A stretch of DNA of 63,347 nucleotides, filler included, from Octopus bimaculoides (taxonomy: Eukaryota): the NCBI RefSeq assembly GCF_001194135.2. It is 4 parts of 4 records of this genome, joined end to end, with 100 filler letters (N's around TTAATTAATTAA, not from the genome) between each part and the next. Parts side by side here need not be neighbours in the genome. Positions count along the whole stretch, not along the records: positions 27,619 to 57,337 come from NC_068993.1; positions 57,438 to 61,246 come from NC_069009.1; positions 61,347 to 63,347 come from NW_026369144.1; 1 more part is not named here. One strand, written 5' to 3'. Under the pieces are notes generated by a model, which saw only the letters and a list, made by a program, of their open reading frames with translations, did not search any database and was not told the origin of the DNA. The translations under genes were made by a program, and so were the position numbers. Positions 48,566-63,282 of the stretch are shown piece after piece (within the stretch, counting starts at the first letter, position 1; the number at the start of each line of letters is the position of its first letter).

Positions 48566-50764
48566 ATATATATATATAAATTGTTTTTCTATAAATTTCA
48601 ACATATATATTTATATATATANNNNNNNNNNNNNNNNNNNNNNNNNNNNNNNNNNNNNNNNNNNNNNNNNNNNNNNNNNNNNNNNNNNNNNNNNNNNNNN
48701 NNNNNNNNNNNNNNNNNNNNNNNNNNNNNNNNNNNNNNNNNNNNNNNNNNNNNNNNNNNNNNNNNNNNNNNNNNNNNNNNNNNNNNNNNNNNNNNNNNNN
48801 NNNNNNNNNNNNNNNNNNNNNNNNNNNNNNNNNNNNNNNNNNNNNNNNNNNNNNNNNNNNNNNNNNNNNNNNNNNNNNNNNNNNNNNNNNNNNNNNNNNN
48901 NNNNNNNNNNNNNNNNNNNNNNNNNNNNNNNNNNNNNNNNNNNNNNNNNNNNNNNNNNNNNNNNNNNNNNNNNNNNNNNNNNNNNNNNNNNNNNNNNNNN
49001 NNNNNNNNNNNNNNNNNNNNNNNNNNNNNNNNNNNNNNNNNNNNNNNNNNNNNNNNNNNNNNNNNNNNNNNNNNNNNNNNNNNNNNNNNNNNNNNNNNNN
49101 NNNNNNNNNNNNNNNNNNNNTAAATTATAGGCTTTAAAATTCCATTGGGGCGGCGGGGTCATCCTTTATTTTTATCCCCCGGATATTGGACGGCATTCAA
49201 TCAACTTTATTGTTCTGTTTTCGAAGTTGGGCGACGACCAAAACAAAAGGAATAAATATTTTATCGCCCCTTGAGTGGTCATTTGAATATGAGCCAAGTT
49301 AAGCATGAAATTAAAGTGATACCAGTTGTCTATTCCCTCTGTGCTTACCTTGATTTCTTTTGATTTATTGAACATGTACAGATAGGGGTATGTCTGACAA
49401 TTAAGAACCATAGATGACCGATTTCAATAGGCAGAGGGGGCAATCGACTGAAGAAAATAAATCATTGACATTAATTACTCGGAGACTTGAAAAACAATTA
49501 GTTAATTTCTGTTAGCATATTGAATCTAGTGGGCATCAAAAGTCTAATTAGAAATATTTATTCAATGAAGAAAATAGTTGAGTTCAATTGTAATACAGGC
49601 ACGTGGTTCATGTATCCGGTTCCCGATCGTAAGGTTGCGAGGTCAATTGCAGGTGGGGCGTTGCATCATTCAGCAAGACACTTTATTTCACGTTGCTCCA
49701 GTTCAGTACCCGTAAATTATGCAGGTAATAAAGAGGTTCTGGAGCATCAGAGTCTGGAGAGTTGGTGTTCTACCTGTATTCTAATCATTCTGGTAAGCAC
49801 TGGAGACAGCAACGAGAATATTTCCCGACTATTAAACCTCTTAACTGAAGGAAAGATTCAACTTTATTTGCTATAGTCGTGGTAACAGATCTACTCTGTA
49901 GAGGGCTAATACTGTACTCATGCACTCGTTAGAGTGCAAAGGTAAAATGTTAACACCAACTTCACTATTGATTCTCGTGCGGACAGGGTCTTTGAGTTAT
50001 TAATGCCAGGGATTTTTTTTTCTTTTTGATATGCTAATTTTATCTACATCGAGTTGTGTACAATATTGTACAATCTACTTAGTAATTCACCAATTACGGT
50101 AAAGTTTATACTTTGCAGAGGAAGTTTAGTAAGTCAAAACATTACCAAAATTTCCTTCAATGATTAAAAAAACAATTAGTCATTAAGCTAGAACCTCTGA
50201 GATCTTTCAAGGGAACCCTGCCATTTCCGCTGATTGTATTTGCGATCGTAAATCCGCAAGTTCACAAGAAAAATGCTTCAGTTTTGTTTCTTGTGGAATA
50301 AAGGGGCGTGCCGCATCTTCCTCAAAACCAGCATCATTTGTCATACACGGCTGTATACACACGTGCTAACCGTCAACTCTATGAACTGCTCGTGCACTCT
50401 CTCTCTTTCTCTCTCTCAACACACACACACACACACACACACGCGCGCGCGCACACACACACACGCACACACACACACGCACACACATAAACGCGCGTGC
50501 GCTCCGCAATATTCAGCTAGATATCTCATCGTAAAGAAACATTTACCGGTTACGACGATTTCGAAGCTTCCAGAGATATATCGATAACTCACGCTTCCCG
50601 GAACGATTCACACCGGACGTCGAGTATACAGTGACAATTGCTCCTTCATTTACAGACGTCAATAACGATGGCGCTAATGCGCTTGCTCTTCTGTTGGTTT
50701 TAGCCATACGACGACAGTTATACTGCTGACAACGGTAAATATGCAAATATGCAAACACATTATA

Positions 50765-51223
50765 CAGGATTACTCAAAAAGAATGAACCGATTTCATTGC
50801 GCAATATTTTAATAAGGGAAAACAATAGAAAACTCCAGCTAAGTCAGAAGCACTTACTCACAATCAACTTTTATTTGCTGCAGCATGGGCAACATCAGTG
50901 CGATAAGAGAATTCTTCCCAGACGCGTATCAGCATATCAAAAGCAAGTTCATTATGTTTTGTTTGAGGCGATTCCAGAAGATATTGACATAGAAGGGAAA
51001 TGGAAAAACTTTGATAAAGTATTCAACCAGACAGCCAAAGAAGTACTCAGTGGATCATGCGTCTGGGAGGAATTCTCTTATAGCATTGATGTTGCCCATG
51101 ATGCAGGTGGTGGCCACATGTCGATTGTGAATAAATACTTGTGACTTAGCCGGAGTTTTCTATTGCTTTTCATTATTAAAATATTGCGAAATGAATTCGG
51201 TTCATTCTTTTTGACTAACCCTG
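50765..51223. mobile_element. Tc1/mariner-type MITE (459 bp, long TIRs, TA target duplication)
   Basis: TA|CAGGATTACTCAAAAAGAATGAACCG ... CGGTTCATTCTTTTTGACTAACCCTG|TA. Imperfect inverted arms of about 160 bp extend inward to TTCCCAGACGC / GCGTCTGGGAG. Confidence 0.88.
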
Positions 51224-52106
51224 TATGTATGTATGTATGTATGTATGTATGTATGTATGTATGTATGTATGTATGTATGCTGCCTGAGTGATACCATACG
51301 GCATTCGAAAGCCGTCTGCACTGATCTCAGGCCTCTACCACCTTCATTTCTTCTTAGTTAGAGCTGTCAACATCACTGTTTCTGTGGAAGTTTCCAGTTG
51401 TTGTCAGGATTTTGCGGCTTTTGAAATCTATGGAGAGGATTTCCTCTACAGACTAATCAAGTATCCCAAAAGTTGGGATCAGCACTGGTACTGCAAATGT
51501 ATTGTGGGAAATTTTTTTGTTGTAAGAGGAGAGTTCCGACTGCCATATTTTCCTAAGTCTGGTGCAATATATCTATGTATGTATGTATGTATGTATGTAT
51601 GTTTGTTTGTACTCTTCTTTTTCAATTTCATCCGGTTACAAATGAGACTCAATGCCGAGAGTTTCATTCATAGCATCTATAGAATCAAAANNNNNNNNNN
51701 NNNNNNNNNNNNNNNNNNNNNNNNNNNNNNNNNNNNNNNNNNNNNNNNNNNNNNNNNNNNNNNNNNNNNNNNNNNNNNNNNNNNNNNNNNNNNNNNNNNN
51801 NNNNNNNNNNNNNNNNNNNNNNNNNNNNNNNNNNNNNNNNNNNNNNNNNNNNNNNNNNNNNNNNNNNNNNNNNNNNNNNNNNNNNNNNNNNNNNNNNNNN
51901 NNNNNNNNNNNNNNNNNNNNNNNNNNNNNNNNNNNNNNNNNNNNNNNNNNNNNNNNNNNNNNNNNNNNNNNNNNNNNNNNNNNNNNNNNNNNNNNNNNNN
52001 NNNNNNNNNNNNNNNNNNNNNNNNNNNNNNNNNNNNNNNNNNNNNNNNNNNNNNNNNNNNNNNNNNNNNNNNNNNNNNNNNNNNNNNNNNNNNNNNNNNN
52101 NNNNNN

Positions 52107-52181
<75 letters not shown>

Positions 52182-52248
52182 TACATACATATATATATCT
52201 ATCATATGATTGTGTGTATTATTCATTCATCCATCTACACTATATATA

Positions 52249-52284
<36 letters not shown>

Positions 52285-53954
52285 TGTGTGCGCGCGCGCG
52301 TGTTGAGTTTTCCAACGATCTCTGTGGTCGTTGCAAAAGTGAAAATTCTATTTTCATTGAGCTGTGTAGTGGAATTGAACCTCGAACCACGTGCGTACAG
52401 AACAAAACTTTCTCCGACGCCTCTACTACTCTACCTTGAAAACAACAAACCACCGTCATTTTCCGAATCATTTATTTGTACCCCCAAATCTGTTGGCTGA
52501 TATTGGAGTTACTCTCACAATAAACGAGCAGTATTCAAAATAAAACGATAGATTTATTAAATTCAACTTCACAGAACTATTTCCATATCTACATGACTAA
52601 TCGTATCCGACCTACTTATTTGAAACAATACAATTATTGTTTTGTTTTTGTTTTTTTGTTTTTTATATTTCGGTCTGGTGTTTTTACGGTAATCGAAAAC
52701 GTTAAGGGGAGCCGCAGTTATATCCCTTATATTTCACATTCGGAAATATATTTGTTTAATGTGAATAGTCTCCCTTGACTTGTTATCCGTTTAGTTGTTC
52801 GTGAGATTATTGTTTTGACTACCAAATTATTGTTTAATCAAGTCGTGGCCCGCAGAACTTTCTGAATGGCACGCCTAACGAAAAACAACTAAATATTCGT
52901 AATAGTGCGACCTACCCATGGCACCTTTTTCCAATATGCCCTTCCCTTAAGGGCACTAGAGGATGAATTATGTGAAGTTTAGTGGATATTTCTGTCTTTT
53001 ATTGACCAGAGGTGCACACTACAGCACCCCGCCATTTACCTCTAAATCTATCCCGTTCCACTCCAGCATTTTCCCAGTTTTACATACAGCACGTAAAGTT
53101 GAGGAATACCTCTAGCTACACAAAATAGCAGCAAGCCACTATCCTGATAATATTCCCTTCCATTAGATTCAAGCAGCACTGGGTTAACCATTACGCAAAA
53201 TGAACAGGTGCGTAGGACATCAAGGTGTGTTTACGTCCACGTAAATTAGCGGCTCGGCAAAAGAGATCTATAGAAAAAGTATCAGGCTTTAAAAAAGAAC
53301 TGGTGTCGATTCATTCGACTAAATCCTTCAAGGCGGCGCCCTAGCATGGCCACAGTCTAATTATTGAAACAAGTAAAGGAGAGAATAAGAATATATATAT
53401 ATATATATATANNNNNNNNNNNNNNNNNNNNNNNNNNNNNNNNNNNNNNNNNNNNNNNNNNNNNNNNNNNNNNNNNNNNNNNNNNNNNNNNNNNNNNNNN
53501 NNNNNNNNNNNNNNNNNNNNNNNNNNNNNNNNNNNNNNNNNNNNNNNNNNNNNNNNNNNNNNNNNNNNNNNNNNNNNNNNNNNNNNNNNNNNNNNNNNNN
53601 NNNNNNNNNNNNNNNNNNNNNNNNNNNNNNNNNNNNNNNNNNNNNNNNNNNNNNNNNNNNNNNNNNNNNNNNNNNNNNNNNNNNNNNNNNNNNNNNNNNN
53701 NNNNNNNNNNNNNNNNNNNNNNNNNNNNNNNNNNNNNNNNNNNNNNNNNNNNNNNNNNNNNNNNNNNNNNNNNNNNNNNNNNNNNNNNNNNNNNNNNNNN
53801 NNNNNNNNNNNNNNNNNNNNNNNNNNNNNNNNNNNNNNNNNNNNNNNNNNNNNNNNNNNNNNNNNNNNNNNNNNNNNNNNNNNNNNNNNNNNNNNNNNNN
53901 NNNNNNNNNNNNNNNNNNNNNNNNNNNNNNNNNNNNNNNNNNNNNNNNNNNNNN

Positions 53955-53990
<36 letters not shown>

Positions 53991-53999
53991 GAACAGAGA

Positions 54000-54352
54000 G
54001 ACCTAGTACGCAACTGGTACTTAATTTATCGACCCCGAAACGATGAAAGTAAAGTCGACCTCGGCGGAATTTGGACTCAAAACGTAAAGACAAACGAAAT
54101 ACCGCTAAGCATTTCGCCCGGCGTGCTAACGTCTCTTATTTCTTTACTGCCCACAAGAGGCTACACACAGAGGGGACAAACAAGGACAGACAAACGGATT
54201 AAGTCGATTATATCTATCCCAGTGCGTAACTGGTACTTATTTAATCGAACCCGAAAGGATGAAAGGCAAAGTCGACTTCGGCGGAATTTGAACTCAGAAC
54301 ATAACAGCAGACGAAATACCGCTCAGCATTCTGCCCAGCGTGCTAACGATTC
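54000..54352 (-). mobile_element. Two tandem family A SINE copies
   Basis: AAAGTCGAC(C/T)TCGGCGGAATTTG.ACTCA.AAC occurs twice (54052, 54268). The second copy's 3' end matches the subfamily at 7800-7870. Confidence 0.82.
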
Positions 54353-54371
54353 TTCCTGCACGCAGCCTGCT

Positions 54372-54745
54372 GCGCTCAAGTATTGATAGCCAAGAAATTG
54401 TTCCTATATTCATAAAAATCTTCAATGACTCATTGTCTTCGGGAAATGCCCTGAGATTTGACAACACAGTGTGTGCCATTCCAAAGAAAAGCAACATCTC
54501 TGATTCAGCTCAACTATCGTCCTATTGCTTTCATCTTTAAATTTTCCAAATCTGGAAAAAGTCATAAACAATGACATTTGTCAATCCCTCCTCAGCGACC
54601 ACCAATACATCTTCCACAGTCAGACCCATTGGCGACTCTTTTATGTCACTCATATCTTCTTTAAGTCTTGGATAAAATTCTTCGGTAACTCCACTGGTTC
54701 GGTTCTCGACAGGGGTCCACATGACTTTTGGGAGTCCGTAGAAGA
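54372..54745 (+). mobile_element. L2/CR1-group LINE RT fragment
   Basis: QEIVPIFIKIFNDSLSSG...AIPKKSNISDSA-NYRPI...NLEKVINNDI...LLSDHQY. These are RT subdomains 0-3 with frameshifts. Confidence 0.75.
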
Positions 54746-54992
54746 TTTTGTTGTTAAAATTTAATCTGCAATAAATTGGTTATGCTTCTACAAGACACAA
54801 AATATTTGAACAATTTTTATTATAGAATTCCTAATTATTTTTAGTTATAAAAATATAATAGGATATTTTAGATATTGAATGGCCCTGAGTAAAATAGGAA
54901 TTAAAGGGGTCTCTTTGTTGGCAGGAATTTTTACATAGTGTATTGGCACCGAAGCAGATATTTGTAAAAATCGTTTTGTGAAGAACGAGAGA

Positions 54993-55096
<104 letters not shown>

Positions 55097-56714
55097 TAAG
55101 CAATGGAAATACGTGACGCTGTGACGTTCATTCACCTCTATCCAAGTATTAGCTAAGTATATTAAGCACAGTATATTGTTTTTCATGAATGCAATTAAAA
55201 CGACATCGCCGTCTCGAGTGGCTGCCATTTTACGTCTTTGCTTCGACGCTCACACTTGATTGTTACTTAAAAACTCGTTAGACAAAGAAGATGAATTCCT
55301 CATTCTACTCAAAACCATCTCGGCAGTTGATAACCCAATGTAATAAGACACAAGATTTATTACAAGGCAGTTACTGTCAAATTGTACACGATTTTAACAA
55401 TATTTTAGATTTTATCTTGGAATAGTCGTGATCTGATTGCCACTTCCGTGGTTCTTATACTTTTGTAACCGAGTTTGTGAAAACGCTTGTGTTTTTCGAA
55501 CATGTGGTTCTGTAAAGTATATTTTTGTTTGTTTGTTGTTTGAATGAAATTAATGAATGAACCTATTATGTGTGTAGACAAACAGAATATACGTATAAAC
55601 ATTTACAGACATATACACACACACATATATATATATGTATATATGTTTGTGTTTGAGAGTGTGTGAGCGTATATGTGTGTATGTATGTCTGTATGTATGA
55701 ATGTATGTATGTATGTATACGTATGTGTATATACACATATATTAGTACATGCATACTCGTGCACATGCACACACGCACAGCCATCGTACATGTAGACACA
55801 CATTCATGCTCGCATAATTACGTCTGTTAGTGCGTGTGGATGTGTGTGGATGTGTGTGTGTTTGTGTGTGCGTGCGTCTATGCTTGCATACGTGTGTGCG
55901 TGTGTGCGTGCGTGCGTGCGTGCGTGCGTGTGTGGCTGCGTATTATATACGTACGTATGTATCTTCCTGATTAGCCTCTCTTAGTTTCCTTCTTTACTTT
56001 CTCCCTTAAATGGCCACCCACGCTGAGGAACGTTGTAAAGAAAATCAGAAAATATGAAAGACTGGCTTTAAAAAGTTGAGAGACCGCTTTGTGTTCTTNN
56101 NNNNNNNNNNNNNNNNNNNNNNNNNNNNNNNNNNNNNNNNNNNNNNNNNNNNNNNNNNNNNNNNNNNNNNNNNNNNNNNNNNNNNNNNNNNNNNNNNNNN
56201 NNNNNNNNNNNNNNNNNNNNNNNNNNNNNNNNNNNNNNNNNNNNNNNNNNNNNNNNNNNNNNNNNNNNNNNNNNNNNNNNNNNNNNNNNNNNNNNNNNNN
56301 NNNNNNNNNNNNNNNNNNNNNNNNNNNNNNNNNNNNNNNNNNNNNNNNNNNNNNNNNNNNNNNNNNNNNNNNNNNNNNNNNNNNNNNNNNNNNNNNNNNN
56401 NNNNNNNNNNNNNNNNNNNNNNNNNNNNNNNNNNNNNNNNNNNNNNNNNNNNNNNNNNNNNNATATACTGGTTTCTTTCCGTTTCCGTCTACGAAATCCA
56501 CTGACAAGCGTCGCCAGCTTCCGCAGCAGTGACTCAAGAGTCAATACTTACAGAAGCGACGAGAGGGAGCATCCTTGACGAACCGAACGCATGATGCTAA
56601 AGGGTCTGGATAGATGACCATTTACGCGAACTACCGAGCGGATGGACGGGAGGGTGGACGAAGGGAAGAATAAACGAATAACTATCTATCTATCTATCTA
56701 GCTAGCTAGCTAGG

Positions 56715-56780
<66 letters not shown>

Positions 56781-56907
56781 TTTAAGTCACAATATATGGA
56801 TTCAACTAACCCGGTGTTACTCATAAAAATGCTCCTTACTGTATCATTCTACAAAACATATAGAATATATAGTATAACACAGAAGTAAACCATAAGGATT
56901 GCATAAA

Positions 56908-57310
56908 ATTATAAATAACGAGAGAAATATACTCTGATAAAATTTATTTAGCCATTGGAAATTCTTATTTAACAATTGTTTTGCAGCTTAATAAAACTTG
57001 TATAGAAAAGAAATCCTGTTTTAAAAGAAAACAGGATTTCTTTTCTTTTAAATTTCTTATATCGAGGGATTATTATTTAACACGGGTTTCTTTTAATCTT
57101 AAGATCTAACTTAATATTAGCTTTTATTCAATGTTTTTTTTATATTAACACAGACATGTAAGGAGCTTATTACTTATTATAAAATATAATAGAATAAATA
57201 TAATATAATAAAATGCATGTCTTATTAAGTTTCGAAACAATTGTCGTTAAATAAGAATTTCCAATCCTTAAATAAATCTTATGATATATTTCTCACGTTG
57301 TTTATAACTC
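56908..57310. repeat. Imperfect inverted repeat (~95-bp arms) enclosing a perfect 19-bp hairpin
   Basis: 56908-57000 matches the reverse complement of 57215-57310 (shared GAGAAATATA...ATTTATTTA...ATTGGAAATTCTTATTTAAC..CAATTGTTT). Perfect IR at 57004-57022 / 57028-57046. Confidence 0.75.
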
Positions 57311-57337
57311 TGTGTGCGCGTGTGTGTGTGTGTGTGT

Positions 57338-57437
57338 NNNNNNNNNNNNNNNNNNNNNNNNNNNNNNNNNNNNNNNNNNNNTTAATTAATTAANNNNNNN
57401 NNNNNNNNNNNNNNNNNNNNNNNNNNNNNNNNNNNNN
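57338..57437. other. Artificial 100-bp scaffold-join spacer
   Basis: 44 N + TTAATTAATTAA (57382-57393) + 44 N. Confidence 0.93.
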
Positions 57438-58084
57438 ATATATATATCGTTAATCAAATATATTCAATGAGAATACAATATACTGAATTTCTAATAAGTG
57501 CTCTTGGTAGGGAAATGTCTAAAACATTAAAGGTATTTAGACATTTCATAAGAGCGATTATATATTATATTTTAAAATGAGGGCAGGAAAATTACATCAA
57601 GATATACATCCAAAGTAATATTGTATTAATAGATAAATGTATAAATATATAAAGTATGATTATTTAAAAAGTTTTAAAATTTTGAAAGTAATTTTCCTGT
57701 TCTTATTTTATAATATAAAATATGAAAAAATGAAAGAGAGAATGAAAAAGGAAAAAATGGAATGCATGGGGGGCTTACTATGGGAAGTGATAGGGAAAGA
57801 ACGAGTAAAAGTGTTTATGTCTCTGTGGACGCTTGGACCAGCAACTCAGGATGTACTTTAGTTTGTGTAAATACTTTTGATGGGAAAAGTCACACGAAAC
57901 TAATTCAACAGATAGACCTAATGGAATGAATTTGAAAGGAGTAAGAGTGACAAATTGAAGGAAACAAAGAAGAACAATTGGAAGGAAAAGAAGAAAAGGA
58001 AAGAAAGAAAAGGATGAAGAAGAAATCAGAAAGAAGATGACAAAGAAAAGGAAGAGAGAAGAATAACGATGATACTAAATAATA

Positions 58085-58275
58085 ATAATAAGAAGAAGAA
58101 TTGGAAGAAGAAGAAGAATTGGAAGAAGAAGAAGAAGAGTTGGAAGAAGAAGAAGAATTGGAAGAAGAAAAAGAAGAATTGGAAGAAGAAGAAGAAGAAG
58201 AATTGGAAGAAGAAGAAGAGGAAGAAGAAGAAGAATTGGAAGGAAAAGACAAAATCAGAGAAGTGGAATTGGAAG
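58085..58275. repeat. Compound purine-rich repeat, unit (GAA)n-TTG
   Basis: About 8 units of GAA(T/G)TTGGAAGAAGAA with a variable GAA count. It gives the poly-E, poly-K and poly-S ORFs. Confidence 0.8.
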
Positions 58276-58374
58276 ATGATGATGGAGAAGAAAGAAGAAT
58301 TAGAACAAGAATTCTTTTCTTTAATAATAACAATAATAACATTCATAATAATAATAATAATAACAATAATAATA

Positions 58375-58410
<36 letters not shown>

Positions 58411-58780
58411 GTAGGAGAGTGAGATAAAGGACTACAAGGAAAAGAGATGAAGGAAAAAAAAAATTTTCCAACAAATTGGTATCCTATTTTGTATTTCCAC
58501 CCTTGCCCACTACTACACACCCCTTCTAGCCCAATATATCACACGACACCCTTCACCGTCATCCTTCTCCAGTAGCACATCGTATCTTTTGAAAATATCT
58601 CCGTCTTTCCTTTGCAAAGAAACATCTCATTCTTGTATATATCTTTTGCCGTGATTTATGTTGAAGTCAAAACTACTAAGTATTAGAACGACAACAACGC
58701 GAACAACAACAAGATCAACATCGTTGTCAAAATAACAGCAGACACATTATACAATACACAAATATATACATGTAGATATC

Positions 58781-58828
<48 letters not shown>

Positions 58829-58868
58829 TGTATGTATATAATTGTGTAGATGTGTGTGTGTGTGTATA

Positions 58869-58904
<36 letters not shown>

Positions 58905-58922
58905 TACACGTCTACATATATG

Positions 58923-59075
<153 letters not shown>

Positions 59076-59879
59076 GTATGTATATATATTTATATCTATA
59101 TATATACACATGTATGTATATATATATATATGTATATATATTAATACATGCGTATATATCTATATATATAAACACATACAGAGAGAGAGAGAGAGAGATA
59201 CATGCATATATATACATCTATAATATATATACATATATATACATATATATATATGTATATATATATACATCTATATATATGTATACATATATATATCTAT
59301 ATATATGTATATCTATATATTTAAACACAGTATACATATATGTACACATGTACATACAGTATACTTATATACATGAATGTATACATACATAAATACATAT
59401 ATGCATATACACATACACACACATATAATTTCATACACACTTTCTCTCTTACTTTCCATTTTTCTCCCCTTTTCTCTTCTTTCTTGGTCACTTTCCTCCT
59501 ACTCCCTCCTCCTCCTACCACTCTCTTTCTCTATCTCTCATTCTTTCCCACCCTCTCTTACCCTTTCCTATTCTCTCTTTCACTCACTTTCCTCATCTCT
59601 TCATCTTCTGGCACCAAAATGTCTTTTATTGACGGACATGTCTCCCACAATAAACCATTCCTTGCTAATCGTTCCACTTCCAAAAGAGATTCTGCCTCTT
59701 CTGCGTGACAAGACGAAACAGAAGAAATGAAAGAGAAAAGAAAAAAAAACAAACATACACTAATGTTTTTTTGTGTGTTAACCTTTGTGTTGTGGTCTAT
59801 TGTTAAGCCATGTGTGTTTGTATCTATCTATCCATCTGCCTATCTATCTATGTGTCTATCTATCTCTCTATGTATACCT

Positions 59880-60650
<771 letters not shown>

Positions 60651-61214
60651 CTCTCTCTCTATATATATATCTATATTTATGTGTATGTGTGTTTATATAT
60701 ATATATATCTGCATGTATTAATATATATACATACATGTATGCATGTGCGTATGTATATATGAATACATGAATACATATATATGTGTATGTATATGGGTAT
60801 GTATATATCCATACATGTGTACTCACACACACACACACACACACACAGACACACACACACACACACACTCATGCACGCACATAAAACCCATACCAGCATG
60901 GCAAACAGGCATTAAATGAAGCTAGTGATGCATACATACATACATATATATAAGTATATGTATGCACATCTGTATGTGCATATGTGTGTATATGTGCGTG
61001 TGTATGTGTGGGTGTGTATATGTGTGTGTGTATATATATGTGTGTGTTCGTGTATGTGTGGGTGTGCATATATGTATATATATATATGTATGTGTGCATG
61101 TATATATATGTGTGTGTGTATGTATATGTATGTATATGTGCATGTATGTATATATATATGTGTATGTGTGTTTGTATGTATATGTATGTACATATATATG
61201 TGTGTGTGTGTGTG

Positions 61215-61246
<32 letters not shown>

Positions 61247-61346
61247 NNNNNNNNNNNNNNNNNNNNNNNNNNNNNNNNNNNNNNNNNNNNTTAATTAATT
61301 AANNNNNNNNNNNNNNNNNNNNNNNNNNNNNNNNNNNNNNNNNNNN
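61247..61346. other. Artificial 100-bp scaffold-join spacer
   Basis: 44 N + TTAATTAATTAA (61291-61302) + 44 N. Confidence 0.93.
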
Positions 61347-62614
61347 ATATGTACACGTATATGTATAGATATATATAGATAGATATAGATCTATATACAT
61401 AAATGTATATGTATACATATGTGTAGATCTATATATATTTAGATGTACATGTAATATGTACACATATATACAGGCATACAGATATCTATATATATATATA
61501 CAACCGTACACACACACATACACATGCACACAAACATACACATTAGTCATTTGTTTTTTTATCCAAAACTACGTCAAAAGTACTGAATGGATCTTTATGA
61601 AATTTGGAAATTATATTCTATGGATAACGGTCATAACCCCCATGAAAATTCATATATTTTTGATGTTGATGAAATTTTAACCATACATATTACACACAAA
61701 TAAAGTAATATTTCTAAAATTTCTTTTTTTAGAAGTTACAAAGACCCCTTCATGGGCACTTCACACCCACAATTTAGTCATTTTTCCTAAGCAAAGACGA
61801 AAACAGTTGTACTATTGGTAGCTATAGGGTCACTCGAACATATCAGATGAGCATTATTTGTAATTCAACGGTGTAAGACTATCCTTTCAAATATACTCAC
61901 ATTGTGATTTCTGCAATGTGGTGCATAAATTGTCAAGTAAATGAGACTCATCTTTGCCTCCACTGATTCACTTGCAAAGTGTTGAGTAAAATTATTTCGT
62001 TGCAGACCTCCTTTGAGTATTTTTATTATAACTGGGTCACACATAGTCCCCAGTTGGTAACATTGATTTCAAGGCCTTCCCAGATGAGTGAATTGTTGTT
62101 CTAAGACATTTATTGATTGTAAATTTTTTCTGCCCAGTTACCTATTTGCAAACTCCAGAGGCGACACTTACATTTCCCTTTGCTCCAAATGTCACACATT
62201 GTTGTTTCTATTGAGTCATGCCCTTCCAATTGCTATAGATCCATAATGCATCTTAAAGCTGTACCTGTCACCTGTATGGTGAGGAATCCTACATTGGGGA
62301 GTAGTAACGACTAGGCTACGGTAGCTGACTGATTATCGTGATCATTCGTCTTTTGCTTTCCTGTAGCTTTGCTCTCTTTTACAAACCCCGTGAACATACA
62401 TATATTTCCTATTTCAAAGAAATTCAAACAATACATATTAGACCCAAGTTAATAAGATTCCCAACAATTCAACTTCTCTGGTTGACATTAACGCCCCCAC
62501 CCCCAATAGGGGCCTTAACTCCCACATTTTCAGCTCCATGAGTTCCATTTTTCAGGAGCAAAATCCTTTTTACAGGGTCCATAACACTGGAATTTTGGAA
62601 TGTGCGCATAAATA

Positions 62615-63282
62615 TCAGATATATAAAGATGAGAACGTGTGCCTGTGTGAATCCCTAAAACTCGAGAACTACACAACCAATTTCATTCCAAATTAACACA
62701 TCCCTTACTTAGGATCCATGTAGTGTCTTAGGCCAAAATTTATTTTAACTTCTTGCATAGTTCGAGCCCACAGCAATATCATATCTCCTCCACTATTTCA
62801 GTATTACGTGTCAAAAGTGAAACAATAACATGTCACTACTGTAATTTCAAATACTTTCAATTTCATACTGAAACTATTAAAGTGAAACTATACTCTCACA
62901 TATAAACAGGCACACTATAAGACCCAAGTTAAAAATATTCCTAACAATTCAACTTCTCTGGTTAACGTTAACACCCTCACCCCCAAGAGGGGCCTTCATT
63001 CCCACGTTTTAGAGCTCCATTAGATCCATTTTTCCAGAGCAAAATCCTTTTTACAGGTTCCAGAAGACTGAAATTTTGGAATATGCGCATAAAGATCAAT
63101 AGTATGGGATACATGTATCATGATTAGAATTTTTTTAGGGTGTGTAAAGAGAGAAAGAACCGTCATGTGCAATTTTGATGAAATTCCAATCATATGCATT
63201 CCAGTTCCTTACAGAAAATATAACAGAAAAGTCACGCTCTTCAATTGCATGAAACACGGGCAACGCCGGGTATCTCTGCTAG
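62615..63282 (+). mobile_element. Non-autonomous Helitron-like element
   Basis: 5' A|TCAGATATATAAAGATGAG... and 3' ...CACGGGCAACGCCGGGTATCTCTGCTAG|T. This gives a TC start, a CTAG end, an A/T insertion site and a GC-rich subterminal hairpin about 10 nt before CTAG. Confidence 0.65.

Noticed and set aside
57905-58520. Poly-Glu / Lys-Trp repeat protein
   Set aside because: A compound (GAA)n-TTG repeat flanked by (AAT)n, open in many frames, with no coding context.
61800-62320. Gene fragment captured upstream of the Helitron-like element
   Set aside because: Only short open frames with unrecognisable peptides, and acceptor sites are weak.
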